From an uncultured Acidobacteriota bacterium (GTDB lineage Bacteria; Acidobacteriota; Vicinamibacteria; Vicinamibacterales; UBA2999), in contig CAVRPA010000004.1 in NCBI GenBank assembly GCA_963723005.1, forward strand, positions 13,053 to 77,052: a stretch of 64,000 bases of DNA, given 5' to 3'. Within the stretch, counting starts at the first letter, position 1. Every line of letters begins with the position of its first letter. The position numbers and the translations under genes are program-made. Positions 40,465 through 50,329 of the stretch are shown one piece after another. The notes under the pieces were generated by a model, which searched no databases, was not told the origin of the DNA, and saw nothing but the letters and a program-made list of their open reading frames with translations.

Positions 40465-41685
40465 ATGCGCCGCATCAACCCTGCCCGCTTCAAGGTCGCC
40501 ACCCGCGGCACCAGCCGCGAAATCAACAGCCGCATCGTGCTGAACCTGGTGCGCACCCACCAGCCGATCTCGCGCGCCGACCTTGCTCGCGCCATGGCCG
40601 TCAGCCGCGCCGCCGTCTCCCTCATCGTCAACGACCTGCTCGCCCGCAAGCTGGTCTTCGAGGGCGCCGCCGGCCAGACCGTCCGCGGACGCCGCCCCAA
40701 GTTCCTCTACATCAACGCCCGCCGCCGCTCGGTCGTCGCCGTGGACGTCCGCGCCAGCGAAACCTTCCTGATGCTCGCGGACCTGATGGGCAAGCCGGTC
40801 ACCGGCGTCATCTCGTTCCCCACCGTCCGCGATCCGAAGGCCTTCGTCTCCACGCTGGCCGGCCGCATCAAGGCGCTCCTGGCCGAACACCCCGATGCCA
40901 GCGGATGCGAAGGCATCGGCGTCGTCGTGCCCGGCATGGTCGAGCACCTGACGATGCGCGTGCTGCATGCGCCGACGCTGGGCTGGCGCGATGTGGACCT
41001 GCGCGAGGGGCTGGCGGCCGCGACCAGCCTGCGCGTCCAGATCGAGAACTCGGGCCGCGCGTGCGCGCTGGCGCAGATGTGGGCGCTTCGCACCGGCACC
41101 GCGCAGTCGCAAGGCGACCTGGTGTTCGTCACCGTCTCCGACGGCGTCGGCGTCGGTGTGGTGATGAACGGCGAGGTGCTGCGCGGCCGCAACAACGTGG
41201 CCGGCGAGTTCGGGCACGTGCCGCTGTCGCTCGACGGTCCGCGGTGCTCCTGTGGATCGAACGGCTGCTGGGAAGCCTACGTCGCCAACCCCGCCACGCT
41301 GGCGCGCTACTTCGGGCGGCCCATGAACACGGGCCCGCAGGACGTGAAGGATCGCCAGTTCACGGTGGAGGACCTGGTGGCCCGCGCGCGCGGCGGCGAC
41401 GCCAAGGCCATTGCCGCCATCGAGGCCACGGCGCGCTATCTGGGCCTGGGCATGGCCTCGGTGATCAACGCGCTCAACCCCGCCTGCGTCTACGTCGGCG
41501 GCGAGATCACGCTGGCCTGGGACCTCATCGAAGGCGCCGTGCGCGCGGCCCTCACCGAACGCGTGCTCACGCCGGCTGCAGCCGCCACCGAGCTGCGCGT
41601 CGTCGCCGCCACCGAACACCCACGACTGCAAGGCGCCGCGGCGCTGGTGATCGCGCCAGCATTCGCCGCGCCCGTCGTCGCCTGA
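40465..41685 (+). CDS. ROK-family transcriptional regulator
   Basis: N-terminal winged-helix region (INSRIVLNLVRTHQPISRADLARAMAVSRAAVSLIVNDL). ROK sugar-kinase-like fold with zinc motif GHVPLSLDGPRCSCGSNGCWE. The ATG at 40465 was chosen over the upstream low-GC extension of ORF 40321..41685. Confidence 0.85.
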   Translation: MRRINPARFKVATRGTSREINSRIVLNLVRTHQPISRADLARAMAVSRAAVSLIVNDLLARKLVFEGAAGQTVRGRRPKFLYINARRRSVVAVDVRASETFLMLADLMGKPVTGVISFPTVRDPKAFVSTLAGRIKALLAEHPDASGCEGIGVVVPGMVEHLTMRVLHAPTLGWRDVDLREGLAAATSLRVQIENSGRACALAQMWALRTGTAQSQGDLVFVTVSDGVGVGVVMNGEVLRGRNNVAGEFGHVPLSLDGPRCSCGSNGCWEAYVANPATLARYFGRPMNTGPQDVKDRQFTVEDLVARARGGDAKAIAAIEATARYLGLGMASVINALNPACVYVGGEITLAWDLIEGAVRAALTERVLTPAAAATELRVVAATEHPRLQGAAALVIAPAFAAPVVA

Positions 41686-41693
41686 TCGCGCAG

Positions 41694-42539
41694 ATGGAGA
41701 AGACCATGACAGCCGAAACCCTGGCGCCCGCAACCTGCATCGTGCGAGAGACCGCTGCCCGCAAGGGCCGGACGATCGCCGTGGCACCGGGCCAGACCGC
41801 GACCCGTTACCTGCACTACGGCCGGATCATCATCGGCGCCGACGAAGCTCCGGTGCGGTTCGACACCGGGGAGCGGGAGACAGCGCTGGTGTGCCTGGCC
41901 GGGAGCGCCGCGGTGGAGGTGGACGGCACCAGCGTCACCCTCGGGCGCTACGACAGCGTCTACGCGCCGCGCGACTCGTCGATCACCGTCACGCCGGGCG
42001 CCGACGGTGCGGACCTCGCGGAGGTCGCCGCCCCGGTGGCCGGAAAACACCCCGTGCAGGTCGTGCGCTTTGCCGACGTGCGCCAGGACCCGACGCTGCA
42101 CTTCGAGGCCGGCGGGCCGACGGCCAAGCGCGACCTCAACGTCCTGATCGGCAAGAACGTCCAGGCCGGCCGGATCATGGCCGGCGTCACGTTCAGTCAG
42201 CCCGGCAACTGGACGTCGTGGCCGCCGCACGAGCACGCCGCGATGCTCGAAGAGGCGTACCTCTACATCGACATGCCGGCGCCGGCGTTCGGCATTCAGC
42301 TCGTTTACACCAACACCCGCGAGCCCGAGGTGGCCACCATCGTCCGCGAGGGCGACGTGGTGCTGATGCCTCAGGGATATCACCCCAATGTCGCCGCGCC
42401 TGGCGGGGCCATCAACTTCCTCTGGATGATGGCCGCGCATCGCGAGGACGTGGACCGTCAGTACGGCGTCGTGAACGTTCAGCCGGAGTTCGCCAACCTC
42501 GGTTCGGGTCTCGACAAGGCCCGGGTGGAGCAGAAGTGA
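41694..42539 (+). CDS. KduI/IolB-family sugar-acid isomerase (5-deoxy-glucuronate isomerase-like)
   Basis: 281 aa in the frame of ORF 40905..42539, starting at ATG 41694. GNWTSWPPHEHAAMLEEAYLY and MPQGYHP motifs of the IolB/KduI cupin family. Confidence 0.75.
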   Translation: MEKTMTAETLAPATCIVRETAARKGRTIAVAPGQTATRYLHYGRIIIGADEAPVRFDTGERETALVCLAGSAAVEVDGTSVTLGRYDSVYAPRDSSITVTPGADGADLAEVAAPVAGKHPVQVVRFADVRQDPTLHFEAGGPTAKRDLNVLIGKNVQAGRIMAGVTFSQPGNWTSWPPHEHAAMLEEAYLYIDMPAPAFGIQLVYTNTREPEVATIVREGDVVLMPQGYHPNVAAPGGAINFLWMMAAHREDVDRQYGVVNVQPEFANLGSGLDKARVEQK

Positions 42540-42907
42540 AGAGTCCTGAATCCGCGCTCGACTATCAACACATTGACTGGGGATCGGTGCCGGCCGAACA
42601 ACTGGCCGAAGGCATCGAGCGCCAGATGATCTGGGGCGAGCGGCTGATGATGTGCCGGCTGATCCTGCAGCCGCAGGTGGTCACCGCCGTGCACTCGCAT
42701 CCGCACGAGCAGATGACCATCGTCGCGCGAGGGCGCGTCCGGTTCATCGTCGATGGCCGCGACCGCATTGCGTCGGCGGGCGATGTGCTGCTGTTCCCCG
42801 CGAACATTCCGCACGGCGCCACCATGCTCGACGAGGAGGTCGAACTGATCGACATCTTCTCGCCGCTTCGCGAAGATTTTCTACCCCAGCGTCCCCAGGC
42901 ACGGTAA
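42536..42907 (+). CDS. small cupin-domain protein
   Basis: 123 aa from the GTG overlapping the upstream TGA (GTGA). Cupin motifs VHSHPHEQMTIV and GDVLLFPANIPHG. Confidence 0.7.
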   Translation: MKSPESALDYQHIDWGSVPAEQLAEGIERQMIWGERLMMCRLILQPQVVTAVHSHPHEQMTIVARGRVRFIVDGRDRIASAGDVLLFPANIPHGATMLDEEVELIDIFSPLREDFLPQRPQAR

Positions 42908-42914
42908 CGAGTCG

Positions 42915-43688
42915 ATGGCCCCCACCCTCGATTTGTTCCGGCTCGATGGCAAGGTGGCGCTGGTCACGGGTGCGTCCCGTGGACTTGGCGCCGCCATGGC
43001 GCTGGCGCTGGCCGGTGCCGGAGCGGAGCTCGCCCTCCACGCCAGCACGAAGCCCGCGGCGGCCACCGCCGAACTCATCGCGCAGGCCGGCGGCGGTCGC
43101 ACGGAACTCCTCACCGCGGATTTGGCGGAGAAGGACTCTGCCGGACGGCTCGTCGCCGAGACGGTGGAGCGTTTCGGCCGCATCGACATCGTCGTCAACA
43201 ACGCCGGCGTCATCAAGCGCCAGCCGGCGGCCGAGCACAGCGACGCGTTCTGGGACGAAACGATCGCCGTCAACCTGTCGAGCGCGTTTCGCCTCTGTCG
43301 CGCCGCGGGCCGCCAGATGATCGACCGCGGCGACGGCGGCAAGATCATCAACATCGCCTCGCTGCTCTCGTTCCAGGGCGGCATCACCGTACCGGGCTAC
43401 GCCGCCTCGAAAGGCGGCATCATGCAGCTCACCAAGGCCCTCGCCAACGAGTGGGCTCGGCACCGCATCAACGTCAACGCCATTGCGCCGGGATACATGG
43501 CGACGGAGAACACCGCCGCCCTCCGCGCTGATCCCGAGCGCAGCCGCCAGATTGGTGAGCGCATCCCGGCCGGCCGCTGGGGCACGCCCGAGGATCTGGC
43601 CGGCGCCATCGTCTTTCTCGCTTCGCCCGCGTCCGACTACGTGCACGGTCACGTGCTCGTGGTGGACGGCGGCTGGATGGGTCGCTGA
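42915..43688 (+). CDS. kduD: 2-dehydro-3-deoxy-D-gluconate 5-dehydrogenase-like SDR
   Basis: 257 aa. TGASRGLG cofactor motif, NNAG, catalytic YAASKGG. The KduD-like length and context (next to a KduI/IolB-family gene, eda and kdgK) support the call. Confidence 0.75.
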   Translation: MAPTLDLFRLDGKVALVTGASRGLGAAMALALAGAGAELALHASTKPAAATAELIAQAGGGRTELLTADLAEKDSAGRLVAETVERFGRIDIVVNNAGVIKRQPAAEHSDAFWDETIAVNLSSAFRLCRAAGRQMIDRGDGGKIINIASLLSFQGGITVPGYAASKGGIMQLTKALANEWARHRINVNAIAPGYMATENTAALRADPERSRQIGERIPAGRWGTPEDLAGAIVFLASPASDYVHGHVLVVDGGWMGR

Positions 43689-43693
43689 ACGTC

Positions 43694-45086
43694 ATGGCAC
43701 ACACGGCTACCGCCTCACCGTCGATGACCGCCGGCTCTCGCGTCGCACGGCTCCCGCTCGTCGGGTTCTTCACGCGGCTTGTCGGTCCGGCCGCACTCAC
43801 TGCCGCCGGAATGATCGGCGCCGGTGCCGTCGCCACCAGGCTCCTGGCGGGTGCGTGGTTCGGGTTCGACCTCCTCTGGGTGGCACTGGGCGTCGTGCCG
43901 ATGGTGATCTTCACGCTCGACTCGGCGTCGCGCGTCGGCATCCTCTCCGGCGGGCGCGGGATGCTCGAGATGGTAAGGACCGAAATCGGCGCCTGGCTCG
44001 CGTGGGCCATCTTCCTGCCGATGGCGCTGGTGAACATCGTCGTTAACATGAGCCAGATGTCGGCGATGGTCGAAGGTGCCTACGGTGCCTTCGGTCTGCT
44101 GCCTCCGGCGGGCGCTGCCGAAGGCGGGGCGGGGCTCGTGGTTGCGACGCTGGTACTCGACGACGGCGACGGTGGCCGCCGCGGTTCTCGGCGGCTACAA
44201 GCGCGTCGAGAAGATCATGACCGCCCTCCTGCTGGTCATCCTCTTCTGCTTCATCGTGGTGGCCATCAAGGGGCTGCTCGACTGGCAGACGTGGATCGCT
44301 CTCGGCCGAGGGCTGGTGCCGAGCATTCCACCAAACGTGCCAGTGGAGGGGAACCCCGGTGCATCGCGCAGCGCCCTGACGCAGGTCATCGCCATCGCGG
44401 GCCAGGCGTTGCCGCCAGCGGTGATGCTGTCCTACGGGTACCTCGCGACGAACGCCGGACAGACCGCTGCCGACATCCGGCCCGGGTTCTGGCGCACCGT
44501 CACTAACCTCGGCGTCATCTGGGGCCTGTTCTCGGTGGTGGTCATCGTCGCCGGCGCCACTGCGCTGCACGCGGTCTACAACGGCGCTGGCCCGTCGTAC
44601 CTGGGCGTCTCGCACTACTCGCAGATTCAGAGCATCCCCGTGGCGGGTCAGGTGCTCGGCCCGGCGCTGCCCGGCGCCCTCGGGTTCCTGGCGCCGCGGT
44701 TCTTCTCGCTCGGCCTGATCGCGGCCGCGTTCACCACGCTCATCTCCGTCGCCTTGACGATGACCTACTTCTGCCTGGACATCGCGCGGCGCGACTGGCA
44801 CTTCACGGCCGACAACGGGCTGTTCAAGAAGGTGTTCGCCACCTGGATTGCGGTGCCGGCCCTCGTGGCGCCGTTCTGGCAGCTGCCGGCGCTGTTGAAG
44901 GCCATCCTCGCGATGACCGGCAACCTGTTGATGGCGCCGATTGCGATTGGCGTCATCGCCTACTTCGTCAACCAGCGCCGCCTCGGTGAGTTCAAGGCCG
45001 GCGTGGGCCGCAACCTGGTGCTGGCCGTCACTTTCCTCTTCGCGCTCGGCCTGGTGGTCAACGGGCTGAAGGAGATGCTGCAGTGA
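43694..45086 (+). CDS. Nramp-related (LeuT-fold) membrane transporter lacking the canonical DPGN metal site; one frame break near 44155
   Basis: ORFs 43694..44506 and 44076..45086 join. The N-terminus VGPAALTAAGMIGAGAVATRLLAGAWFGFDLLWV is collinear with the Nramp GPG...DPGN...GA.FGY.LLW block, but has MIGAG in place of IDPGN. About 11 TM helices. Confidence 0.6.
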
Positions 45087-45763
45087 TGGCGGGCTCTCGC
45101 ATCGATGTCGTGCGCGCCATCGAGGCGTCTGGCGTGGTGGCGATCATCCGGCTGCACGACAGCCAGGCCGGCCACGACGTCGCCCTCGCGCTGGCAGACG
45201 GCGGCGTCACCGCACTCGAGGTGACGATGACGGTGCCTGGAGCGGTGAGGCTCATCGAGCAGCTTGCCGCGACGCTGCCGTCGAACGTGCTGATCGGCGC
45301 CGGCACGGTGCTCGATCCAGAGACGGCCCGCAGCGTCATCCTGGCCGGTGCGCGCTTCGTGGTGAGCCCGGTGTGCCGTCCCGCGGTGATCGAGATGTGC
45401 CACCGCTACGACGTGGCGGCGATGCCCGGATGCTTCACACCCACCGAGATCCTCGGCGCCTGGGAAGCCGGTGCGGATGTGGTGAAGGTGTTTCCGGCCA
45501 CGGCGCTCGGGCCCGGCTTCTTCAAGGACCTGCGCGGCCCGTTGCCGCAGGTGAAGCTGATGCCGACCGGCGGTGTCACGCGCGAGAACGCGGGCGAGTG
45601 GATTCGGGCCGGTGCGTGCGCCATTGGCGTGGGCACGGCGCTGGTGGACGGCGCGGCCGTGGCGGCCCGGCGCTTTGCCGACATCTCGGCCAACGCGCGT
45701 CACTTCATCGAGGCCGTCGCGATCGCGCGTGCCGGCGCCGGTGCGCGGGAGGCCGTGCGATGA
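45083..45763 (+). CDS. eda: KDPG/KHG aldolase
   Basis: 226 aa. LEVTMTVPGA, GAGTVL and KVFPA..LGP..FK.L.GPLP....MPTGGV (Schiff-base Lys region) are typical of Eda. The start overlaps the upstream stop. Confidence 0.85.
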   Translation: MMAGSRIDVVRAIEASGVVAIIRLHDSQAGHDVALALADGGVTALEVTMTVPGAVRLIEQLAATLPSNVLIGAGTVLDPETARSVILAGARFVVSPVCRPAVIEMCHRYDVAAMPGCFTPTEILGAWEAGADVVKVFPATALGPGFFKDLRGPLPQVKLMPTGGVTRENAGEWIRAGACAIGVGTALVDGAAVAARRFADISANARHFIEAVAIARAGAGAREAVR

Positions 45764-46786
45764 AGGCGGTCTGCTTCGGCGAGATCATGCTGCGCCTCAG
45801 CCCGCCGGGCTTCGAGCGGCTGTTCCAGTCGCCGGTGCTGAGCGCCACCTTCGGCGGCGGCGAAGCGAACGTCGCCGTCAGCCTGTCGCACTTCGGCGTC
45901 GAGAGCCACTACGTCACGCGGGTGCCGGCCAATCCTGTGGGGGATGCGGCGGTCCGTGCACTGCGTGCGGAGGGCGTGCGCGTTGACCACATCGTTCGCG
46001 GCGGCTCGCGGCTCGGCGTCTACTTCGCGGAGACCGGCGCAAGCCAGCGCGCCTCGACGGTGGTCTACGACCGCGCCCACTCGGCCATCAGCGAGCTGAC
46101 CCCGGGCGTGGTGCCGTGGGCGTCGGTGCTGGCCGGCGCCGACTGGTTCCATTGCACCGGGATCACGCCGGCGCTTGGCGCCAATGCCGCTGCCGCCACT
46201 CGCGAAGCGCTGGCGGCCGCTCGACAGGCGGGTGCGCGCGTCAGCGTCGATCTCAACTTCCGCAGCAAGCTGTGGTCCAAGTCGGAGGCGCAGGCCGTGA
46301 TGCGCCCGCTGATGCCGCTCGTGGACGTGGTGATTGCCAACGAAGAAGACCTGCAGGCGGTGCTCGGCATCCAGGTGCCGCATGCCGACGTGACGGCAGC
46401 GTCGCTCGATCTGGACGGTTACCGCACGGCCGCCCAGCAAGTGGTGACGGAGTTCGGCGTCCGCCAGGTGGCGGTCACGCTCCGCGAAAGTCTCTCGGCC
46501 AGCGACAACGCCTGGAGTGCGGTGCTTCTCGATGGCGACACCGGCCAGTTCCATCGCAGCCAGCGCTACGACGTCAGGCTGGTGGATCGCATCGGCGGCG
46601 GCGACAGCTTTGCGGCCGGCCTCATCTTCGGGCTGGCGATGGGCAGGGATCCGGGCACGCGCGCTCGCCTTCGCGGTGGCGGCCAGCGCGCTGAAGCAGA
46701 CGATTCCCGGGGATTTCAATCGTGTTTCGGTAAACGAAGTGGAACGACTCGCCGATGGGGACGCCAGCGGCCGGGTTCAGCGGTAG
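45760..46786 (+). CDS. kdgK: 2-dehydro-3-deoxygluconokinase; one frame break near 46650
   Basis: [17 protein letters not shown]..., GGGEANVA and [17 protein letters not shown] (PfkB signature). After ...GRDPG the true tail ([30 protein letters not shown]...) is in ORF 46517..46786. The break removes the stop and fuses the listed ORF 45373..50301 to the next gene. Confidence 0.85.
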
Positions 46787-46809
46787 AGCGTTCAAGTGGA
46801 GGAACCGTC

Positions 46810-49800
46810 ATGAGCAAGTGGATTCAGGGGATCGCGCTCGTGGGCGCCCTGATGCTGTTGACGCATCCGGCCAGTGCCCAGGACTACCGGGCGCGCGTGC
46901 AGGGCACCGTTGCCGACACCAGCCAGGGCGCGCTGCCTGGCGCCGTGGTGACGTTGACCAACGCGGCCACCGGCGTCGTGGCCACGCGGGTCACCGACAC
47001 CAACGGCCGCTACCTCTTCGACTTCGTCGATCCTGGCACCTATGTGGTGCAGGCCGAACTCGAAGGGTTCAAGGCGGCGCAGCAGCAGAACGTGCGCGTG
47101 CCGCAGCGCGGCGACGTCACCGTCGGCATGGTCCTCGAACTGGGGACGATCGCCGAGATGGTCACCGTGACGGTGGCGCCGTCATCGGTGCAGTTCCACT
47201 CGAGCAGCACCGAGCTGACGATGGAGCGGCAGCTGATCGACCAGACGCCGGTCGCCGGCCGCAACCCCTATAACCTGGCCTCGCTGGACCCGACGATCCT
47301 GACGTCGACCGCGACCAACGAGAACCGTCCATACCACCACGCCTACGCCAACGACTACGACGCCGGCGGCGGCACACGCCGCGCCAACGACGTGCTGCTG
47401 GACGGCGTGCCGCTCGGCGCCAGCTTCAAGACGTCGTACACGCCGTCGATGGACGCCGTCGAGGAAGTCACGGTCTCGAAGAACAGCGTGGACGCCGAGA
47501 ACGGCAACAGCCTCGGCGGCATCATCAGCCTGAACATGAAGTCGGGCACGAACATGCTGCACGGCTCCGGCTACGGCTACTTCCGCGATCCGTCGATGAA
47601 CTCGCGCACCGACCCGACGCTGGTGGTGCCTCCGGGCACCAGTCCCCTGAAGGGAAGCGAGCTGCAGATGTTTGGCGGCACGGTGGGCGGACCGCTCGTG
47701 CGCAACCGCATCTTCTCGTTCACCTCGTTCGAGAACTGGAACGACGCGCGCCCGCTGTCGATCGTGCGGACGGTGCCGACCGAGCTCGAACGGAGCGGCG
47801 ACTTCAGCCAGTCGGTGTTGAACGGCACGGTCCGCAACATCTACAACCCGTTTGGCTCCACCCTCAACGCCGCCGGTGTCGTGGTGCGCAACCCGTTTCC
47901 CGGCAATGTCATCCCGCAGAACATGCTCGACCCGGTCGCGCTGCGCATGCTGCGGGACATGCCGCTGCCCAACGTTGCCGGCAACGTCGACAACCTCCAG
48001 TACAACGTGACCGAAGAAGTGAACTACTGGAACTTCTCGCAGCGCGTGGACGTGAACTTCAACGACAAGTTCAAGATCTTCGGCCGCGTCGGCCTGTTCA
48101 AGGCCGATCTCTATCAGGCCAATCCCGAAGGGTCCACCGGCGGGTTCTTCCCGCTCTCGGGCAGCAACCGCGACGGCATGAGCATGGCCGGCGACGCGGT
48201 GTGGATCCTGTCGGACAAGACCACGCTGAACGTGCGCGGCAGCTACTACAACATGGTGGACGAGTTCTACAATCCCTCGCTGCTGCTCGGCGAGGAGGGC
48301 CTGGCCAACTACTGGCCCAACGAGTGGTACACACCGCTCTACAACAGCGGCTATGCCTACTACCCCGCGCTCGACGTCACCTCGGGCACGGGCACCAACA
48401 CCAACAACCGGCTCGGCCGGCTGGGCCGCGAGTGGTACCAGCATCCCGATGCGTGGACGGCGTCCGCGCGCATGAACCGGTATGAGGGCGAACACAGCAT
48501 GAAGTGGGGCGGCGAGATGCGCGCCTACTTCGGCGAGGCGGCCCGCTTCGAGCCGATCAACCTGGTGTTCAACTCCACGCTCACCGCCAACAGTTCGGAT
48601 GCGCCGCAGGTGGCGACGACCGGCAACCAGTGGGCGTCGTTCATGCTCGGCGCCCTGGACAACCAGACGTCCGCGCGCCTGGTACCGCTGCAGACAACGA
48701 ACCTGTACACCTACTCGACCTATTTCCAGGACGACTGGCAGCTGAACGATCGGCTGACGCTGAACCTCGGCGTGCGCTGGGAGTACGAACCCGGCGTGAC
48801 CGATCCGGAGAACCGTCTGTCGCAGGGCCTCGACCTCACCCAGCCGATTCCGGAGATGCAGGCCGCCCCGCCCAGCATGCCGGGCCAGGCCGCCGCGCTG
48901 ATGGCGAGCAAGGGTTATGGCTGGACCTACAACGGCGCCTGGAAGTTCGTCAACGCCGACGATCGCTCGCTGTGGAAGACCGCGTGGAACAACTTCATGC
49001 CGCGCTTCGGCGTGAACTACCGCCTGGCCGACAATTCGGTGCTCCGCTTTGCCTACGCGCGGTTCCGCATGCCGCTCAGCAACCTCCGCGACACGCTGGG
49101 CGACTTCGTCAACCAGTACACCGGCTTTGCGCAGACCACCAACACGCTGGGCCTCTTCAACGGCCGCCCGCAGCAGGTGCTGAACGATCCCTATACCTCG
49201 ATCAATCCGGTGCAGGAGGGCGTGGGTCAGACCCTCGGCCGCTACACCGGGCTGGGCAACGCGGTCAGCTTCGACCAGTACGAGATCCTGCCGCAGCTGA
49301 ACGACCGCATCAACATCTCCTATCAGCGCCAGATCTGGGGCGGCTTCGTGCTCGACGCGGCGTATTTCTTCAACTACGGCTCGCGCGTGCCCTACAACGT
49401 CAATCTCAACATGCGCGACCCGGCGTTCACCTACGAGCAGGGCGCCGCGCTCAACGTCCAGGTGCCCAACCCGTTCCGCAACTACCTGACGCCCGACGTG
49501 TTCCCGGGCTCGCTCCGTAACCAGACGACCGTCGCGCTGGGCAGCCTGCTGGTGCCCTTCCCGCAGTACGGCGCCATCACCCAGACCAACACCAGCGCCG
49601 GCCGCAACATGCGCACGCACAGCGTGGATCTGCGCGTGCAGCGCCCGTTCACCAAGGGCGTGAGCGTGATGGTGGCCTACGCGTTCCAGCGCGACCGCAT
49701 CGAGAACTTCCTGGGCGACATCCAGGAGTACGAGGTGATGACGAGCGGCGGCAAGAGCGGCTGGGAGTGGCAGCCCGTCAACCCGGTGCTGCCCGAGCAT

Positions 49801-50301
49801 CGCGTGACCAGCGCGTTCACGTGGCAGATACCCGTCGGACGCGAACGGGCCTACCTGGACGAGATGCCCGCATTGCTCGACGCCGTGCTCGGCGGCTGGC
49901 AGTACTCCGCCGCGCTCCGCTTCTATTCCGGGCGGCCCATCCTGTTCAACACGCTGGCGGTGAGCGGCAACCCGAAGCTGGACAACCCGACCCGCGACAA
50001 GTGGTTCGACACGTCCATGTTCTCGGCGCTGCCCGCGTTCACGCCGCGCACCAATCCGGTGTATTACCAGGGGCTCAACGGCCCCGGGTCCCAGTTCGTG
50101 GACATGACCCTGACCAAGTCGTTCATGATGGGCCCGCGCTATCGTCTCGAGGCGCGGCTCGAGACCTACAACACGTTCAACACGATCGTGTGGGATCAGC
50201 CGGAGGTCACGTTCGGCAACCCCAACTTCGGCAAGGTCACCAGGAAGCGTACCGACGGCCAGGGCCGCGAGATCCAGGTCGGCCTGAGGTTCGTGTTCTA
50301 G
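46810..50301 (+). CDS. TonB-dependent receptor with carboxypeptidase-regulatory-like N-domain (intact)
   Basis: GGAGG lies 6 nt before the ATG at 46810. Signal MSKWIQGIALVGALMLLTHPASAQ, CarboxypepD_reg-like GAVVTLTNAATG...NGRYLFDFVDPGTYVVQAELEGF, plug (DVLLDGVPLG), and a ~900-aa barrel ending QVGLRFVF. Confidence 0.9.
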   Translation: MSKWIQGIALVGALMLLTHPASAQDYRARVQGTVADTSQGALPGAVVTLTNAATGVVATRVTDTNGRYLFDFVDPGTYVVQAELEGFKAAQQQNVRVPQRGDVTVGMVLELGTIAEMVTVTVAPSSVQFHSSSTELTMERQLIDQTPVAGRNPYNLASLDPTILTSTATNENRPYHHAYANDYDAGGGTRRANDVLLDGVPLGASFKTSYTPSMDAVEEVTVSKNSVDAENGNSLGGIISLNMKSGTNMLHGSGYGYFRDPSMNSRTDPTLVVPPGTSPLKGSELQMFGGTVGGPLVRNRIFSFTSFENWNDARPLSIVRTVPTELERSGDFSQSVLNGTVRNIYNPFGSTLNAAGVVVRNPFPGNVIPQNMLDPVALRMLRDMPLPNVAGNVDNLQYNVTEEVNYWNFSQRVDVNFNDKFKIFGRVGLFKADLYQANPEGSTGGFFPLSGSNRDGMSMAGDAVWILSDKTTLNVRGSYYNMVDEFYNPSLLLGEEGLANYWPNEWYTPLYNSGYAYYPALDVTSGTGTNTNNRLGRLGREWYQHPDAWTASARMNRYEGEHSMKWGGEMRAYFGEAARFEPINLVFNSTLTANSSDAPQVATTGNQWASFMLGALDNQTSARLVPLQTTNLYTYSTYFQDDWQLNDRLTLNLGVRWEYEPGVTDPENRLSQGLDLTQPIPEMQAAPPSMPGQAAALMASKGYGWTYNGAWKFVNADDRSLWKTAWNNFMPRFGVNYRLADNSVLRFAYARFRMPLSNLRDTLGDFVNQYTGFAQTTNTLGLFNGRPQQVLNDPYTSINPVQEGVGQTLGRYTGLGNAVSFDQYEILPQLNDRINISYQRQIWGGFVLDAAYFFNYGSRVPYNVNLNMRDPAFTYEQGAALNVQVPNPFRNYLTPDVFPGSLRNQTTVALGSLLVPFPQYGAITQTNTSAGRNMRTHSVDLRVQRPFTKGVSVMVAYAFQRDRIENFLGDIQEYEVMTSGGKSGWEWQPVNPVLPEHRVTSAFTWQIPVGRERAYLDEMPALLDAVLGGWQYSAALRFYSGRPILFNTLAVSGNPKLDNPTRDKWFDTSMFSALPAFTPRTNPVYYQGLNGPGSQFVDMTLTKSFMMGPRYRLEARLETYNTFNTIVWDQPEVTFGNPNFGKVTRKRTDGQGREIQVGLRFVF

Positions 50302-50329
50302 TCACTCACAGTTCGGGTGCATCCGACCG

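Noticed and set aside
45373-50301. Single 1642-aa ORF spanning kdgK and the TonB receptor.
   Set aside because: It is an artefactual fusion. The first ~130 aa are out-of-frame overlap with eda. A frame break near 46650 skips the kdgK stop (the true tail is in ORF 46517..46786), and the frame happens to coincide with the receptor gene, which starts at 46810 with its own GGAGG and signal peptide.
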